DNA of 64,000 nucleotides from Parcubacteria group bacterium (GTDB lineage: Bacteria > Patescibacteriota > Minisyncoccia > Moranbacterales > UBA9337), in NCBI GenBank assembly GCA_041662245.1, contig JBAZSW010000006.1, positions 10,442 to 74,441 of the forward strand, given 5' to 3'. The translations under genes were made by a program, and so were the position numbers. Below, piece by piece: positions 1 through 10,802 of the stretch; the first letter of the stretch is position 1, and each line of letters begins with the position of its first letter. The notes below the pieces were generated by a model. It searched no databases, had not been told where the DNA came from, and saw only the letters and a program-made list of their open reading frames with translations.

Positions 1-318
1 TAAAGCCAAAACCATCTCGGACAGCAAAAACCCATAAAAACCATAAGATAATGAATACAAAAAAAATCCCAATGTTGAAAAAATCCCTCCCAAAATAATG
101 GAAATCTTTCTCCCATATCTGTCTGCAAAATTACCCGTAGGAAGATCTAAAAAAATACTTGCTACAGAAAATAAAGATTGAAGGATAATTGCTTCCTTAA
201 GATTAACTCCATTTTCGGCAAAAAATAAAATGATAATGGAAATGCTAAACATCCCACTTCTAATTGCTCGAATAATGCAAATCTTTTTAAAGTTTAATTG
301 AGCATCGTGTTGTTTCAT
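1..318 (-). CDS. MFS-type transporter, N-terminal fragment (runs off window start)
   Basis: Minus-strand ORF starting ATG at 316-318, MKQHDAQ... Hydrophobic TM stretches and an MFS motif-A-like 'ADRYGRK' loop. Truncated by the window edge. Confidence 0.4.
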   Translation of the reverse strand, partial: MKQHDAQLNFKKICIIRAIRSGMFSISIIILFFAENGVNLKEAIILQSLFSVASIFLDLPTGNFADRYGRKISIILGGIFSTLGFFLYSLSYGFYGFLLSEMVLAL

Positions 319-691
319 TTTATTCTCCTTCTTAGTTAAATTAAATTTTATAAAAGAACTCTTCATGCTAAATAAAAAACTCGGTTTTTATTTAACCGAG
401 TTTTCCCGAAGAAGAATTTTAATATCTTTTATGACTTTTTATATAAAAAATTATTCCGGCAAACACAGTTAAACAAAAAATTTCTGTCCATTGGATAAGC
501 AAAAACCACGCCATTGGCACAAATGGATTTTTTTGCTGTATTCAACTGTGTTCTATGCTGTTGCATAAAATATTTTTAAAATTTATTACACCTCTTTAAT
601 AACATTTATTTAAAATTTTGTCAAATAAAAATTTATCTGTAGCAAAGAATTTTTTAAATACTGAGTGCCTTATACTATTTGTTTATATTTT

Positions 692-2425
692 CTAAACTTG
701 GATATTTTGCAATTCGCTTAATTTTTTGTATACTCCACCGTGATTTATAAGTTTCTGGTGATCGCCTGATTCCACTATTTTCCCGCCTTCAATTACCAAA
801 ATTAAATCCGCTCTACAAATAGTGCTCAAGCGATGAGCAATCACAAAGGTAGTTCTATTTTTCATTACTTCTTCCAAAGCACTCTGCACATATTTTTCCG
901 ATTCGCTATCTAAAGCACTAGTAGCTTCATCTAAAATTAAAATCTTAGGATTTCGTAAAATTGCTCGAGCGATAGCGACTCTTTGTTTTTGTCCAGTAGA
1001 TAATCGTACTCCTTTTTCTCCTACTATTTGCTCATACTTATCGGGAAATTTACTTATAAAATTATGACAATTGGCTAATTTTGAAGCTCGAATAATCTCT
1101 TCTTCTGTTGCTTCTAATTTAGAATAAGCAATATTATTTTTTATTGAATCATTAAAAAGATCAACTTCTTGAGGCACAATAGCAATATTGTCTCGCAAAT
1201 CTTTTAATTTTATCTTTTTTGTGTCTATCCCATCAAATAAAATGTGTCCTTTTTGAGGGATATTATAAAGAGAAATAAGATCTACTAAAGTTGATTTCCC
1301 TTCTCCACTTTTGCCAATAATTGCTACCATTTTTCCGGCAGATACTTTAAAATTTATATTTTCCAAAATAATTTCTTTTTCGTAAGAAAAACCTATATTT
1401 TTAAATTCAATATCTCCTTTGGTATTTTTTAATTGAATTGCATCTGGCGCATCATAAATCTCAGTAACCTCATTAAATATCTTTTCTGATCTTTTAATTG
1501 TCGCCAATCCTTCTTGCAATTTTTTATAATGACCACCTAACATATTTATTGCTCCAGAAACAAAGTTAATATAAGCGATTAACATCACAAATTGACCAAT
1601 GGTTATATTATTTTTACTTACCAAATAAATTCCTGTTCCGAATAAAGCAATAATAGAGAAAGTTGAAATAAGATTTTGCCAAAAATATAAGTTCATCCAC
1701 ATTATCACTCTTTGCTGGCTGATATTAAGACCCCTATTTATCGATTCTCTATTTTTTATATCCTCAAATTCTTCTCTAGAATTTGATTTAATGTTGATTA
1801 TATTAGGTGTTCGATCAAAGATATTTCCATAATATTGTTCAAAAAATTTATTTATCTTTCTTTGATAAGTGATGACGGGATTGGTCTTTTTAATGGTAAC
1901 AATCACATAAAAAATTATAAAAATAATATAAATAATAGCTAGAATCCAATTAATCCAAAAAATTACCACGAAAGCTAAAAAGGACGTTATTAAATATGGC
2001 ACGATACTAAACAGGGCATAATCAATAATGTCATGCAAATAATCATCTGCTCTGGAAAATTTTTGAATCACCTCTCCAATTTTTCTTTTTTTATGGAAAG
2101 AAAGAGGCAGACGCATTAAATGCTTTATAGAATCATTCATCAAGCCAGTGGAAGCTCTATAGCCTAATTTATTGGAAAGAATTACTCTTCCTCGCATAAA
2201 TAATCCTCCACCTATTTGGAGTACCGCCCATATTAAAAGTAATAAATAAACAGATTTTTCAAAAAATCCACCTCGAGAAACAGTATCTACCACTCGACTA
2301 TAAACCAACGGTAAAAACAAATAGGTACTGTTTTCTAAAATAACAAAAACAAATGTTGTCCAAACATCTTTTTTATAAGGTTTTAAATATTTTGTTAGTG
2401 GTCGCAAATCGCTCTTTCTAATCAT
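692..2425 (-). CDS. ABC transporter, fused permease/ATP-binding protein (MsbA-like exporter)
   Basis: N-terminal 6-TM domain. Walker A 'GKSGEGKST', ABC signature 'LSTGQKQRVAIARA', Walker B 'ILILDEATSALD'. Confidence 0.85.
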   Translation of the reverse strand: MIRKSDLRPLTKYLKPYKKDVWTTFVFVILENSTYLFLPLVYSRVVDTVSRGGFFEKSVYLLLLIWAVLQIGGGLFMRGRVILSNKLGYRASTGLMNDSIKHLMRLPLSFHKKRKIGEVIQKFSRADDYLHDIIDYALFSIVPYLITSFLAFVVIFWINWILAIIYIIFIIFYVIVTIKKTNPVITYQRKINKFFEQYYGNIFDRTPNIINIKSNSREEFEDIKNRESINRGLNISQQRVIMWMNLYFWQNLISTFSIIALFGTGIYLVSKNNITIGQFVMLIAYINFVSGAINMLGGHYKKLQEGLATIKRSEKIFNEVTEIYDAPDAIQLKNTKGDIEFKNIGFSYEKEIILENINFKVSAGKMVAIIGKSGEGKSTLVDLISLYNIPQKGHILFDGIDTKKIKLKDLRDNIAIVPQEVDLFNDSIKNNIAYSKLEATEEEIIRASKLANCHNFISKFPDKYEQIVGEKGVRLSTGQKQRVAIARAILRNPKILILDEATSALDSESEKYVQSALEEVMKNRTTFVIAHRLSTICRADLILVIEGGKIVESGDHQKLINHGGVYKKLSELQNIQV

Positions 2426-2598
2426 GTAATCATAACTATTATTTCACTCTTTACTTTATCACAAAAAGAACGTTATACAAAATACCATAATCAGACGACC
2501 GCATTTGAATAGTATAGAGTAATAAAAAAATATATAAATAGGAGGTAAAAAATTATAAAACAGGAACGACGATTTCGTCTTTCCTGTTTTCAAAGCAT

Positions 2599-3021
2599 TT
2601 ACAATAGTGCTACAATCGTTATTTTTTCTCTTCCGAGAGTCACTGCAATTTTGCATGCTTCCTCCCCTTCTCCCGTAAAAACATCGATTTTCCTCCCCTT
2701 TATTTTTTTACCAGTATCTCTGGCAACACCAATTCCATAACCCGGAATAATTAGCACTGTCCCAAAGGGGATAATCCTAGGATCAACTGCAACAGTGCCT
2801 ATGCTGGGAGTAGTTTTTGATTTAGTAATTTTACCTAAACCATTCATCTCCACATCTTTTCTGTAACTACCTCTGGCAAATTTTTTTTGTTTTTCCAGGG
2901 GCTTATAATAAGCCGTACGAACAACTTTTATTTGCTCAATTTTACCAAGCTCCGCTGCTTCGCTAAGCATGCTAAAACTTAATAACAAAAAACAAGCCAT
3001 CACAATTACAATTAATCTCAA
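2599..3021 (-). CDS. 3D domain (MltA-like) secreted protein
   Basis: Signal peptide. 'TAYY...GTVAVDPRIIPFGTVLIIPGYGIGVARDTG' is typical of the 3D domain. Confidence 0.6.
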   Translation of the reverse strand: MRLIVIVMACFLLLSFSMLSEAAELGKIEQIKVVRTAYYKPLEKQKKFARGSYRKDVEMNGLGKITKSKTTPSIGTVAVDPRIIPFGTVLIIPGYGIGVARDTGKKIKGRKIDVFTGEGEEACKIAVTLGREKITIVALL

Positions 3022-3201
3022 AACAATCCTCCTTTTTATTTTTTTGCAAATAAAAAAACTGGCTCTAATTTATTTAGTTTTCCAGTACTTATAGTGTAAC
3101 ATAAAATAATGTACACTCCCTACCCAATTGATACGTATGAAAAATAATTTTCTTTCAAATACACGCTATGTTATATATTAAATAATTTTAATAATAAATT
3201 A

Positions 3202-3798
3202 TTATTTATCTTTTAAAGTTAAACATTCAAAAGCTTCATGCTCATTAAACTTTTTATTCCATTCCTCAGGACTTCCATAATCAGCAAAATCCTTATACCA
3301 CCCATGAGCTACATTCATCTTGCTGGCAGCCTTAATTGGACACCAATATCTTTCCGTACGGGCTCCGATTTCCACTGCATAAGCGAAAAGCCCATTTACA
3401 TAACTACAATATAAACAATGAACTTTTTGAATAATATTTAAATAATCCAAAAATCTTCTATCATAAACGATAAAATCTTTACGTTTAACCTTGGGAATTT
3501 TATATAATGGAAATGCTGCTGCTTGATACACCGTTATGAAAATATCCAAAATAACCACCGGAAAAATCATAGAATAAATAAAAGGCAAGGAAAATGCATG
3601 TCTAATATTTTTAGGAACAGCATATTTCCAAGCTGGAATACGAAAAGTTCTATTTCTTTCTTTTATTTTTTTTAGAAATATTATTTTTTTCTGAGAAATA
3701 TAGAATCCATATTTTTTAGCTAACCTAGATTGTTCCTTGCGAAGAGCAACATTAAGAGCTTCAATTTTTTCGAGAATTTTTCTAATCTTTGATTCCAT
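3202..3798 (-). CDS. hypothetical protein
   Basis: 198-aa ORF, no recognisable motif. Confidence 0.35.
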   Translation of the reverse strand: MESKIRKILEKIEALNVALRKEQSRLAKKYGFYISQKKIIFLKKIKERNRTFRIPAWKYAVPKNIRHAFSLPFIYSMIFPVVILDIFITVYQAAAFPLYKIPKVKRKDFIVYDRRFLDYLNIIQKVHCLYCSYVNGLFAYAVEIGARTERYWCPIKAASKMNVAHGWYKDFADYGSPEEWNKKFNEHEAFECLTLKDK

Positions 3799-3855
3799 AG
3801 TAAAACTTTATATAATTTAAAAACAAATTTATTGTACCTTAAATAAAAAATTTAA

Positions 3856-5043
3856 TTAGTCGCTATTTTTTTCAATATGCGCAACACGGTAAGTTCCGTC
3901 CGCTTTTAAATAATTAACATTGATGGTAATTTTATTTTCTTTTACTGTTATTTCTGCAAAAGCTCCCTGATACTTAGGATTTTTGCCTATTCCAGGAAGA
4001 TCAATATAGTCCACGCCATTAATTTCTTTATAATATAAGTCTTCAATGTGTCCTGCAAAAACAGCCCTAACACCATATTGAGAAAAAATATTTTGTAAAT
4101 CCCGAGCATTAGATAAAAAATCTACATTCAAATCTATGTCGTCATCTAGCAATGGAGGATGATGCATAAAAACGATAACTTTTTTATTTGTATCTTTAAT
4201 CTCATCCTTTAACCATTCCAATTCTTTTTCTGAAACTTTTCCTTGAGTATAACTATTGCCGGCACGCACGTCACTGTCATCTTTTCTGAAATTACTATCT
4301 AAAATTATTATTTTATAATTTCCCACCTCAAAAGATTTATATAAATAATCAATTCCCAAAACCTTCACCCATTGCGCTTTAGTAATCGAACGCAAATCAT
4401 GATTGCCTATTGCCCAATATTTTTCGATTACAGTTCTATCTAATATTTTTTTAACCAAAGATAATTCTTCACTCCCTTGCGTTGAATTAATTCTAGTTCC
4501 TTCAATCATATCTCCGTCTAATAAAATAAAGTTGGGAATAAAAACATTGTTCATTTTTTCGACAAAATAATTCAACTTTTTAGCATAAGATTCTTTTAAA
4601 TATCTACCATTTCCTCCATAGGTAGTACTCATTGCATGTAAATCAGTAGCAAAGCCAATTTTTAATTCATCCGAATTATTTATTTGCTTTTCTGGCTCAG
4701 GAAGAGGCGGAAATTTATCCTGAGAAACATTTTTGTCTGTTTCTGCATTATCAGAAACTTCCTTATTTACATCCAATTGTTCGGCATCGACTTCTAATAT
4801 TTCTTCCTCTGTAGCATCTTCAATTTCATTAGCAGTTGTTTGATTTTGGGATTCTTCAATTATTTCGACTTCCAGTTCCTCCTCTGGTTCAATTTCTTCT
4901 GTTTTTGAGGAGGACGTGTTTTCTCTTATTACTTTATCATATTTAAAAATACCCCAAAAAACTATTCCATAAATAAGAAAAATACCAAAAAAAATAACAA
5001 AATAGATAGCTATTTTTAAATACAACTTTTTTGTTTTTAACAT
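3856..5043 (-). CDS. calcineurin-like metallophosphoesterase, membrane-anchored with acidic linker
   Basis: N-terminal TM helix, E/D-rich low-complexity linker, phosphoesterase motifs 'GDMIEG', 'GNHD', 'FMHHPP'. Confidence 0.7.
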   Translation of the reverse strand: MLKTKKLYLKIAIYFVIFFGIFLIYGIVFWGIFKYDKVIRENTSSSKTEEIEPEEELEVEIIEESQNQTTANEIEDATEEEILEVDAEQLDVNKEVSDNAETDKNVSQDKFPPLPEPEKQINNSDELKIGFATDLHAMSTTYGGNGRYLKESYAKKLNYFVEKMNNVFIPNFILLDGDMIEGTRINSTQGSEELSLVKKILDRTVIEKYWAIGNHDLRSITKAQWVKVLGIDYLYKSFEVGNYKIIILDSNFRKDDSDVRAGNSYTQGKVSEKELEWLKDEIKDTNKKVIVFMHHPPLLDDDIDLNVDFLSNARDLQNIFSQYGVRAVFAGHIEDLYYKEINGVDYIDLPGIGKNPKYQGAFAEITVKENKITINVNYLKADGTYRVAHIEKNSD

Positions 5044-5228
5044 ATATGATCAAAGACTTACTCTGTTAATTTAGCCTCTTTGTAATTCTACTATAACACA
5101 CTATTATGCCTCAAATCAAAAAAACTCTTCATATTTCTACATTCTTTCAAAATTATAAGTTTTAATATATACTTTAGAAAAGATTTCCTGAAGTTCCTTT
5201 TATAAATCCTATACTAACGAGGTAAATA

Positions 5229-5639
5229 ATGGCCAAAAAAAGAACCTATTCAACAGTTCTCAATGAGATACTTATTGATCTAAAAAACGTCCACGACTAC
5301 CAGTGGAAGGAGCTTTTTTCTCTTTCAAAGGGATTTCATCATTTTAGTGAAGGTCTTGTCTTTGCTCGCGGAGACTACCCAAGATGGGAAAAGAAATTTT
5401 TTGAAAAAATGGTTGAAACTGCAACCATACCATCTCACTGGCTTTCTATCGCTCATTCTGCCGAAAGATATTCCCCCGAATGGAACAACGCAGTAGACAA
5501 GCTTCTACAAGACGCGCGGGTAATGAATATTGCCAATCGATGGATTAATATCAGATTAATTTTGCCCCCAAATCACGCCTGTATGAAAGAAGTTCGATCT
5601 AAAATTTCTGATTTGAGAAATGCGCGTAAAAAAGGCTAA
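5229..5639 (+). CDS. hypothetical protein
   Basis: 136-aa ORF, the only sizeable plus-strand gene in this region. No family recognised. Confidence 0.35.
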   Translation: MAKKRTYSTVLNEILIDLKNVHDYQWKELFSLSKGFHHFSEGLVFARGDYPRWEKKFFEKMVETATIPSHWLSIAHSAERYSPEWNNAVDKLLQDARVMNIANRWINIRLILPPNHACMKEVRSKISDLRNARKKG

Positions 5640-5725
5640 ATTATCCTATCAAACCAATCCTGAACTCAAAAATTAAGTTCAGGATTGATTTTTTGTAAAA
5701 GATTTAATGTGTAAGTTTAAAATTT

Positions 5726-6010
5726 CTAATATTGAGAATCTATGCGAGGAAATATTTGTAACACCAAATACCCCGCTAAGACATAAACTACAAGTGCAAT
5801 CAGGGTAGCAAAATCAATTACAAACCCTCCTAAATCTAGACTTGGCAAAATCCCCACAAAGGGTTTCACTAGTGAAGTTGTAGCATTATAAATCCAAGCC
5901 ACAAAAGGAGTGTGTGTATTAACCGCAAAAAATTTAAAGATAAAACGAAGCGACAGCAAAAGCTCCACAATTGATACTAAAACACTTATTAATGTTCGTG
6001 CAATTCCCAT
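5726..6010 (-). CDS. YggT family membrane protein
   Basis: About 90 aa, two TM segments, 'LRFIFKFF...' pattern typical of YggT/Ycf19. Confidence 0.55.
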   Translation of the reverse strand: MGIARTLISVLVSIVELLLSLRFIFKFFAVNTHTPFVAWIYNATTSLVKPFVGILPSLDLGGFVIDFATLIALVVYVLAGYLVLQIFPRIDSQY

Positions 6011-6096
6011 AAATTTAAATTAAATTGTTAATTAACGTTATTATAGCATTAAACTAGCCCCGTGCCTATCTATTTTACTATATAATATGCTTTTTA

Positions 6097-8658
6097 TTAA
6101 TAAAATTTAAATTTAAATAACTTCAATATCTCAAACCACAATAAACTTGCCACTGAAACTACACTAATTAATAACAATTCTCCGATACTAACTGGAGCCA
6201 TATGAAACAAATTAGAAAAGAAAGGCACATATAAAACAATAAAAAGACAAATAATTGCTCCACCTATGACAAAAAGCAATGCCTTATTTCTAGTCAAAAT
6301 AGTTCTGTACATTGTTTTGTGCCAAGAAAGATTAACTACTATTAAAATAAGATTTGATAAAACAAGTGAAACAAAGGCAAATGAACGAACAGCTTCTTCG
6401 CTTCTATTTGTTTTAATCGCATAAAAAAATAATAAAAAAGTTGTTAATAAAATTCCAAGTCCTTGTAATAAGCTTACCCCAACGGTTCTTTTGTTAAAAA
6501 TGGAATCGTTGACATCTCTTGGTGGTCGATGCATCGTGCTTGATGATTCTTTTTCGGATTCAAAAACTGTCGAGCAAGCAGGATCAATTATTAATTCCAA
6601 AAAAGCAATATGCGCTGGCAAAAGTACCACCGGAAAATTAAAAAATAATGGCAAAAGCGCTACTCCAGCAATTGGAATATGTACAGCCAAAATATAACCC
6701 GAAGCTTTTTTTAAATTAGCATAGATACGTCGTCCCAAACGAACTGCATCCACAATAGAAGAAAAATCATCATTTAAAAGAACTAACGCCGAAGCTTCGC
6801 GGGCTACATCTGTACCCCGTTGCCCCATCGCAATCCCGATATCAGCAGCTTTAAGTGCTGGAGCGTCATTAACTCCATCACCTGTCATTGCCACTATTTC
6901 ATTATTCGATTTAAGTGCATCAATAATTTGTAGTTTTTGTTCCGGCGCCACTCGCGCAAAAATGTTTGTTTTTGTTATTCTTTCTTTGAGCTCATACGGA
7001 TGCATCTTGCTCATTTCATCACCCAAGATAAATAATTCTGGATTTTTAATACCAATTTTTTTAGCAATAAATTGAGCAGTTCCGGGATAATCTCCGGTTA
7101 TCATAATCACCCTAATGCCCGCTTGGTAGGCTTGCGCGATTGCTCCTGAAGCTGTATTTCTCGGCAAGTCAACAAAACCAAAAAATCCAGCAAATTTAAA
7201 ATCAAAGTCGTGCTGATTATTTGGCAATTCACTCTTGGAAAAATTAGCCTTTGCTGCTCCCAATACTCTTAAACCTCTACCAGACATATCATTTACAACT
7301 TTCAACAATTTCTTTTTTTCTTCTTCGGTAATATGACATAAATCCAAAATTGCCTCTGGTGTTCCTTTAGAAGCTATCAAATAATTATTATTTTTTGTTT
7401 TCCAAACATGCGACAGGGCAATTAATTCTTTTGACAAAGGATATTCTTTGATTAGAAATGAATCATCTAATGTTTCTTTTTTATTAATTAAACATCTAGC
7501 GCAAGACTTTTTAAGTTCTTTTTCAATAGGATCAAATGGATCTTGCTGACTGGAAAGTAATCCTATCTCAAGCAAATTGATAAATTTTAATGGCAAATCA
7601 TTATTTTTTGTATTTTTTATTTCGAAAAATTCTTCCTTAGAATAAAGAATATCCAATTTCATTTTATTTACAGTAAGTGTCCCAGTTTTATCAGTACAAA
7701 GAACTGTTGCAGCACCCAACGTTTCAATAGCAGCGGAACGTCTAGTTAAAACCATTTTTTTTGAGATACGCCAAGCTCCTAATGTAAAAAAGATTATTAA
7801 AACCACGGGAAATTCTTCGGGAAGCATCGACATACTTAAAGCTAATCCCGCCAAAAAACCTTCCAAAAAATTGCCTCTTGCAAAATAATAAACAAGAACG
7901 AAAGCGATACAAACAATGATACCAAACGCTCCCATCCAACGTGCCACCTTGGAAATTTCTTTACTCAAACGAGTGTCTTCGCTAGTGATTGATTCTAAGC
8001 TTTTGCCGATTTTCCCAATTTTTGTATTAATTCCCGTAAATAAAACCTTTGCAACGCCTCGGCCACTGACCACCAAAGAACCTGCATACACGAGAGAAAC
8101 ATTCGTAGCGCCTATTTTAATTGATTTATTGTCTTCATTTCTTTCGGATTTTCGAACAGGAACAGATTCTCCAGTCAAAAGAGATTCATCCGCATATAAA
8201 TTTTCACAATTTAAAATTAATGCATCAGCAGCAATGCGGTCACCTTCTCTTATTATCATGATATCCCCACGTACCACTTCGCGACCGGAAATTCTTTTTT
8301 GGTCACCATCTCTTATAACTAAAGCCCTAGGACTGGAAAGATTACGCAAGGCATCCAATGTTTTTTCGGTTTTATGCTCTTGATAAAAAGTTATTCCAAT
8401 AACCACAATAATGAAAGAAATAAGTATCAAAGCGTCTTGCAATTCTCCTATCAAAAAGTAAATTGATCCCGCCGTAACTAGAATGAGTAGCATAGGTTCC
8501 TTAATGACACCTAAAAATATTGAAAAAGCACTCTGTTTTTTTTGTGAAGGAAGTTCATTAAATCCTTCTCGCGCAATAATTTTTTTAGCTTGTTTTTCCG
8601 TGACTCCGCTGTATTCGATTTTGTCCTTCACTGGTTTCATAAAAAAATGTTTTATCAA
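6097..8658 (-). CDS. cation-transporting P-type ATPase (Ca2+/Mg2+ type)
   Basis: 'DKTGTLT' phosphorylation motif, 'TGDGVNDAPALK' hinge motif, about 10 TM helices. Confidence 0.85.
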   Translation of the reverse strand: MIKHFFMKPVKDKIEYSGVTEKQAKKIIAREGFNELPSQKKQSAFSIFLGVIKEPMLLILVTAGSIYFLIGELQDALILISFIIVVIGITFYQEHKTEKTLDALRNLSSPRALVIRDGDQKRISGREVVRGDIMIIREGDRIAADALILNCENLYADESLLTGESVPVRKSERNEDNKSIKIGATNVSLVYAGSLVVSGRGVAKVLFTGINTKIGKIGKSLESITSEDTRLSKEISKVARWMGAFGIIVCIAFVLVYYFARGNFLEGFLAGLALSMSMLPEEFPVVLIIFFTLGAWRISKKMVLTRRSAAIETLGAATVLCTDKTGTLTVNKMKLDILYSKEEFFEIKNTKNNDLPLKFINLLEIGLLSSQQDPFDPIEKELKKSCARCLINKKETLDDSFLIKEYPLSKELIALSHVWKTKNNNYLIASKGTPEAILDLCHITEEEKKKLLKVVNDMSGRGLRVLGAAKANFSKSELPNNQHDFDFKFAGFFGFVDLPRNTASGAIAQAYQAGIRVIMITGDYPGTAQFIAKKIGIKNPELFILGDEMSKMHPYELKERITKTNIFARVAPEQKLQIIDALKSNNEIVAMTGDGVNDAPALKAADIGIAMGQRGTDVAREASALVLLNDDFSSIVDAVRLGRRIYANLKKASGYILAVHIPIAGVALLPLFFNFPVVLLPAHIAFLELIIDPACSTVFESEKESSSTMHRPPRDVNDSIFNKRTVGVSLLQGLGILLTTFLLFFYAIKTNRSEEAVRSFAFVSLVLSNLILIVVNLSWHKTMYRTILTRNKALLFVIGGAIICLFIVLYVPFFSNLFHMAPVSIGELLLISVVSVASLLWFEILKLFKFKFY

Positions 8659-8744
8659 AAATAAACTCTAACTATTTTCATTATACATTATTTTTTTCTC
8701 TTAATATATAATATTAAATTTTTAACTACCCCAGAAAAATAAAA

Positions 8745-8770
8745 ACATAAAAGAGGCATTGGCCAGCCTC
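8745..8770 (-). terminator. rho-independent terminator after trxA
   Basis: Hairpin aaagaggc-attggcca-gcctcttt followed by a T-run on the minus strand. Confidence 0.45.
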
Positions 8771-8816
8771 TTTTATGATCTATTTTTCAACAATGATGTA
8801 TTGATAATTCGGATTA

Positions 8817-9131
8817 TTATTCCAATGCTTTTTTTAAATTTTCTTGAGATTGGATACCCACAAATTCTTTGGTAACTTTTCCATTTTTGAAAATTTTTAA
8901 AGCGGGGATAGACATTATGCCGTAGTTTGAAGCCATCAATCCATTTTCATCCACATTAATCTTTCCTACCCTAGCCTTTCCGTCCATTTCTTCTGCCAAA
9001 TTTTCGATAATAGGAGCCATCATTTGACATGGTCCGCACCAAGAGGCCCAAAAATCAACTAACACTGGTTTATCACTTTTTAAAACTTCTTGATCGAAAT
9101 TTTGATCAGTTAATTCTATTACTTTGCTCAT
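8817..9131 (-). CDS. trxA: thioredoxin
   Basis: 104 aa, active site 'WCGPC', thioredoxin fold length. Confidence 0.85.
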   Translation of the reverse strand: MSKVIELTDQNFDQEVLKSDKPVLVDFWASWCGPCQMMAPIIENLAEEMDGKARVGKINVDENGLMASNYGIMSIPALKIFKNGKVTKEFVGIQSQENLKKALE

Positions 9132-9148
9132 ATTTTTTTATTAATTAA

Positions 9149-10294
9149 TTATTTAATTTTTTGATTAGAAAATTCTTCCACTACTGTTTTAAAATCCTCC
9201 ATCTCAATAAATGACCCATCTGCTTTCTTTATGTCATATTTTGTCCCAATATCCTTTAATTTAGTTTTTTTATCCACTCCTTGAGGAAGATTAAGTTTTT
9301 CTTGAAACACCGACAAAGGAATTTTTGTGGTGTCTAGCAGATATTCTAGCGTATTGCTACCTCGTAGATTGGAAATATTTAACTCGCCATTGTCTCCAAT
9401 TAAATTAGAAGGAACTTTGGTTTTCCAGATAGGCGTCAACATAACCAAACCCAACATAACAAAAAATGCTATCATTATTATCCAGCTAAATGATTTCTTT
9501 GAAATTTCTTTTCCCATTGTTGTCGCCTTCAAACTACTTTGTGGACAATCCTTTATACAATTGAGACAACTAATGCAATCCGCTGAATTAACCTCTTTAG
9601 CGTTACCAATGTTTAAATTTGCAGGGCAAACTTCATCGCATATCCCGCAACTGACACAAGTCGTCTCATTTCTTTTGATTTTAAAAGGACTTATTTTTTT
9701 TAAAATTCCTAATCCTGCTCCCAATGGACAAAAATATCGACACCACCAATTTTTTGAAAATAATGAGGCAATAAGTAAGACCACTAAGATTAAATAACCC
9801 ACTACTTTTTCATCAAATTCTTCGCCTAGATGCATCAAAGCGTTAAATGGGTCATATCCTCTAAAAATCAGCTCTCCAGTTTTATATGAAAAATAAATAA
9901 TCACCAATAAAATTATATATTTTATATATCTAGCATATTTATCAACCGATTTGGGAAGCTCCACGTCTTTTTTGAACCCAATCTTTTTGCCCAAAGCGCG
10001 TATCCATTCTTGAAGCGCTCCCAACGGACAAAGATGTGAACAGAAAACTCTCCCAAACAAAAGAGTTAAGATCAAAACTATTCCCATTAGAATAAATGAA
10101 CTAGCATAAATTCTTTGCAAATATTCTCCGGTAGTGACATAAGTCAGAAGTCCCTCAAAAGCCCCAAAGGGACAATAGGCATCAATCGGCGCCGCTTTTT
10201 CAATGCCATATCTTAAGTGGCCGATAGTCAAAAAAAACACAATCCCAACAATGATAATTTGAGAAACTCTTCTTGGTGAAAAAATATTTTTCAT
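9149..10294 (-). CDS. membrane-bound 4Fe-4S polyferredoxin (NapH/MauN-like)
   Basis: Multiple TM helices, two 'CPLGA/CPFGA' motifs, two ferredoxin 'CxxCxxCxxxCP' clusters (CVSCGICDEVCP, CISCLNCIKDCP). Confidence 0.6.
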   Translation of the reverse strand: MKNIFSPRRVSQIIIVGIVFFLTIGHLRYGIEKAAPIDAYCPFGAFEGLLTYVTTGEYLQRIYASSFILMGIVLILTLLFGRVFCSHLCPLGALQEWIRALGKKIGFKKDVELPKSVDKYARYIKYIILLVIIYFSYKTGELIFRGYDPFNALMHLGEEFDEKVVGYLILVVLLIASLFSKNWWCRYFCPLGAGLGILKKISPFKIKRNETTCVSCGICDEVCPANLNIGNAKEVNSADCISCLNCIKDCPQSSLKATTMGKEISKKSFSWIIMIAFFVMLGLVMLTPIWKTKVPSNLIGDNGELNISNLRGSNTLEYLLDTTKIPLSVFQEKLNLPQGVDKKTKLKDIGTKYDIKKADGSFIEMEDFKTVVEEFSNQKIK

Positions 10295-10296
10295 TT

Positions 10297-10605
10297 TTAT
10301 TTTATTAATTGATTAATAATCTTTTTATAATCTTTAATTACTTTTTTATTTAAACCGTAACGAATAAAATTACCCTCTCTTTTCTCATTTAATAATCCAA
10401 TTTTTTTAAGTTTCCCTAGATGATGCGAGGCTAGTTTTTCTGAAATACCTAAAATAGGAAAAATATCACAAACATACTTAGAGCCTCCCTGTAAAACACA
10501 GATAATTTGTAATCTGTTTTTATCCGAAATAACTCGCAAAAAAGCATAGGCTTTACTAATGCATTCTTTTTTGACAAATTTTCCATCACAACATTTAAAT
10601 TCCAT
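10297..10605 (-). CDS. ArsR/SmtB family transcriptional regulator
   Basis: 102 aa, winged-HTH 'CVCDIFPILGISEKLASHHLGKLKKIGLL'. Overlaps the downstream ferredoxin gene start. Confidence 0.7.
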   Translation of the reverse strand: MEFKCCDGKFVKKECISKAYAFLRVISDKNRLQIICVLQGGSKYVCDIFPILGISEKLASHHLGKLKKIGLLNEKREGNFIRYGLNKKVIKDYKKIINQLIK

Positions 10606-10679
10606 AAATAATCTATACTAATTTATATTAGAATAGTATATCATTTATTAAAATATGTCAAATTGATTTTAGTTTAATA

Positions 10680-10708
10680 AAAAACACCCTACAAATAAGG
10701 GTGCTCTG
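10680..10708 (-). terminator. rho-independent terminator
   Basis: Hairpin caccctacaaataagggtg flanked by an A/T-run. Confidence 0.4.
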
Positions 10709-10802
10709 TCTATTTTTTATTTAAAGATATTTTTACATATCTCATATAATAACTAACGCTCATAACCACAAACTGCCTACAAGATTTTACTATCTCTTTG
10801 GA

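Noticed and set aside
2459-2656. 65-aa ORF between the ABC transporter and the 3D-domain gene
   Set aside because: Overlaps the 3D-domain gene start region. Cys/Phe-rich low-complexity. No RBS.
6491-8383. Plus-strand ORFs (6491-6697, 7916-8383, 8483-8671) antisense to the P-type ATPase
   Set aside because: Fully embedded antisense in a well-supported 853-aa gene. No RBS or motif support.
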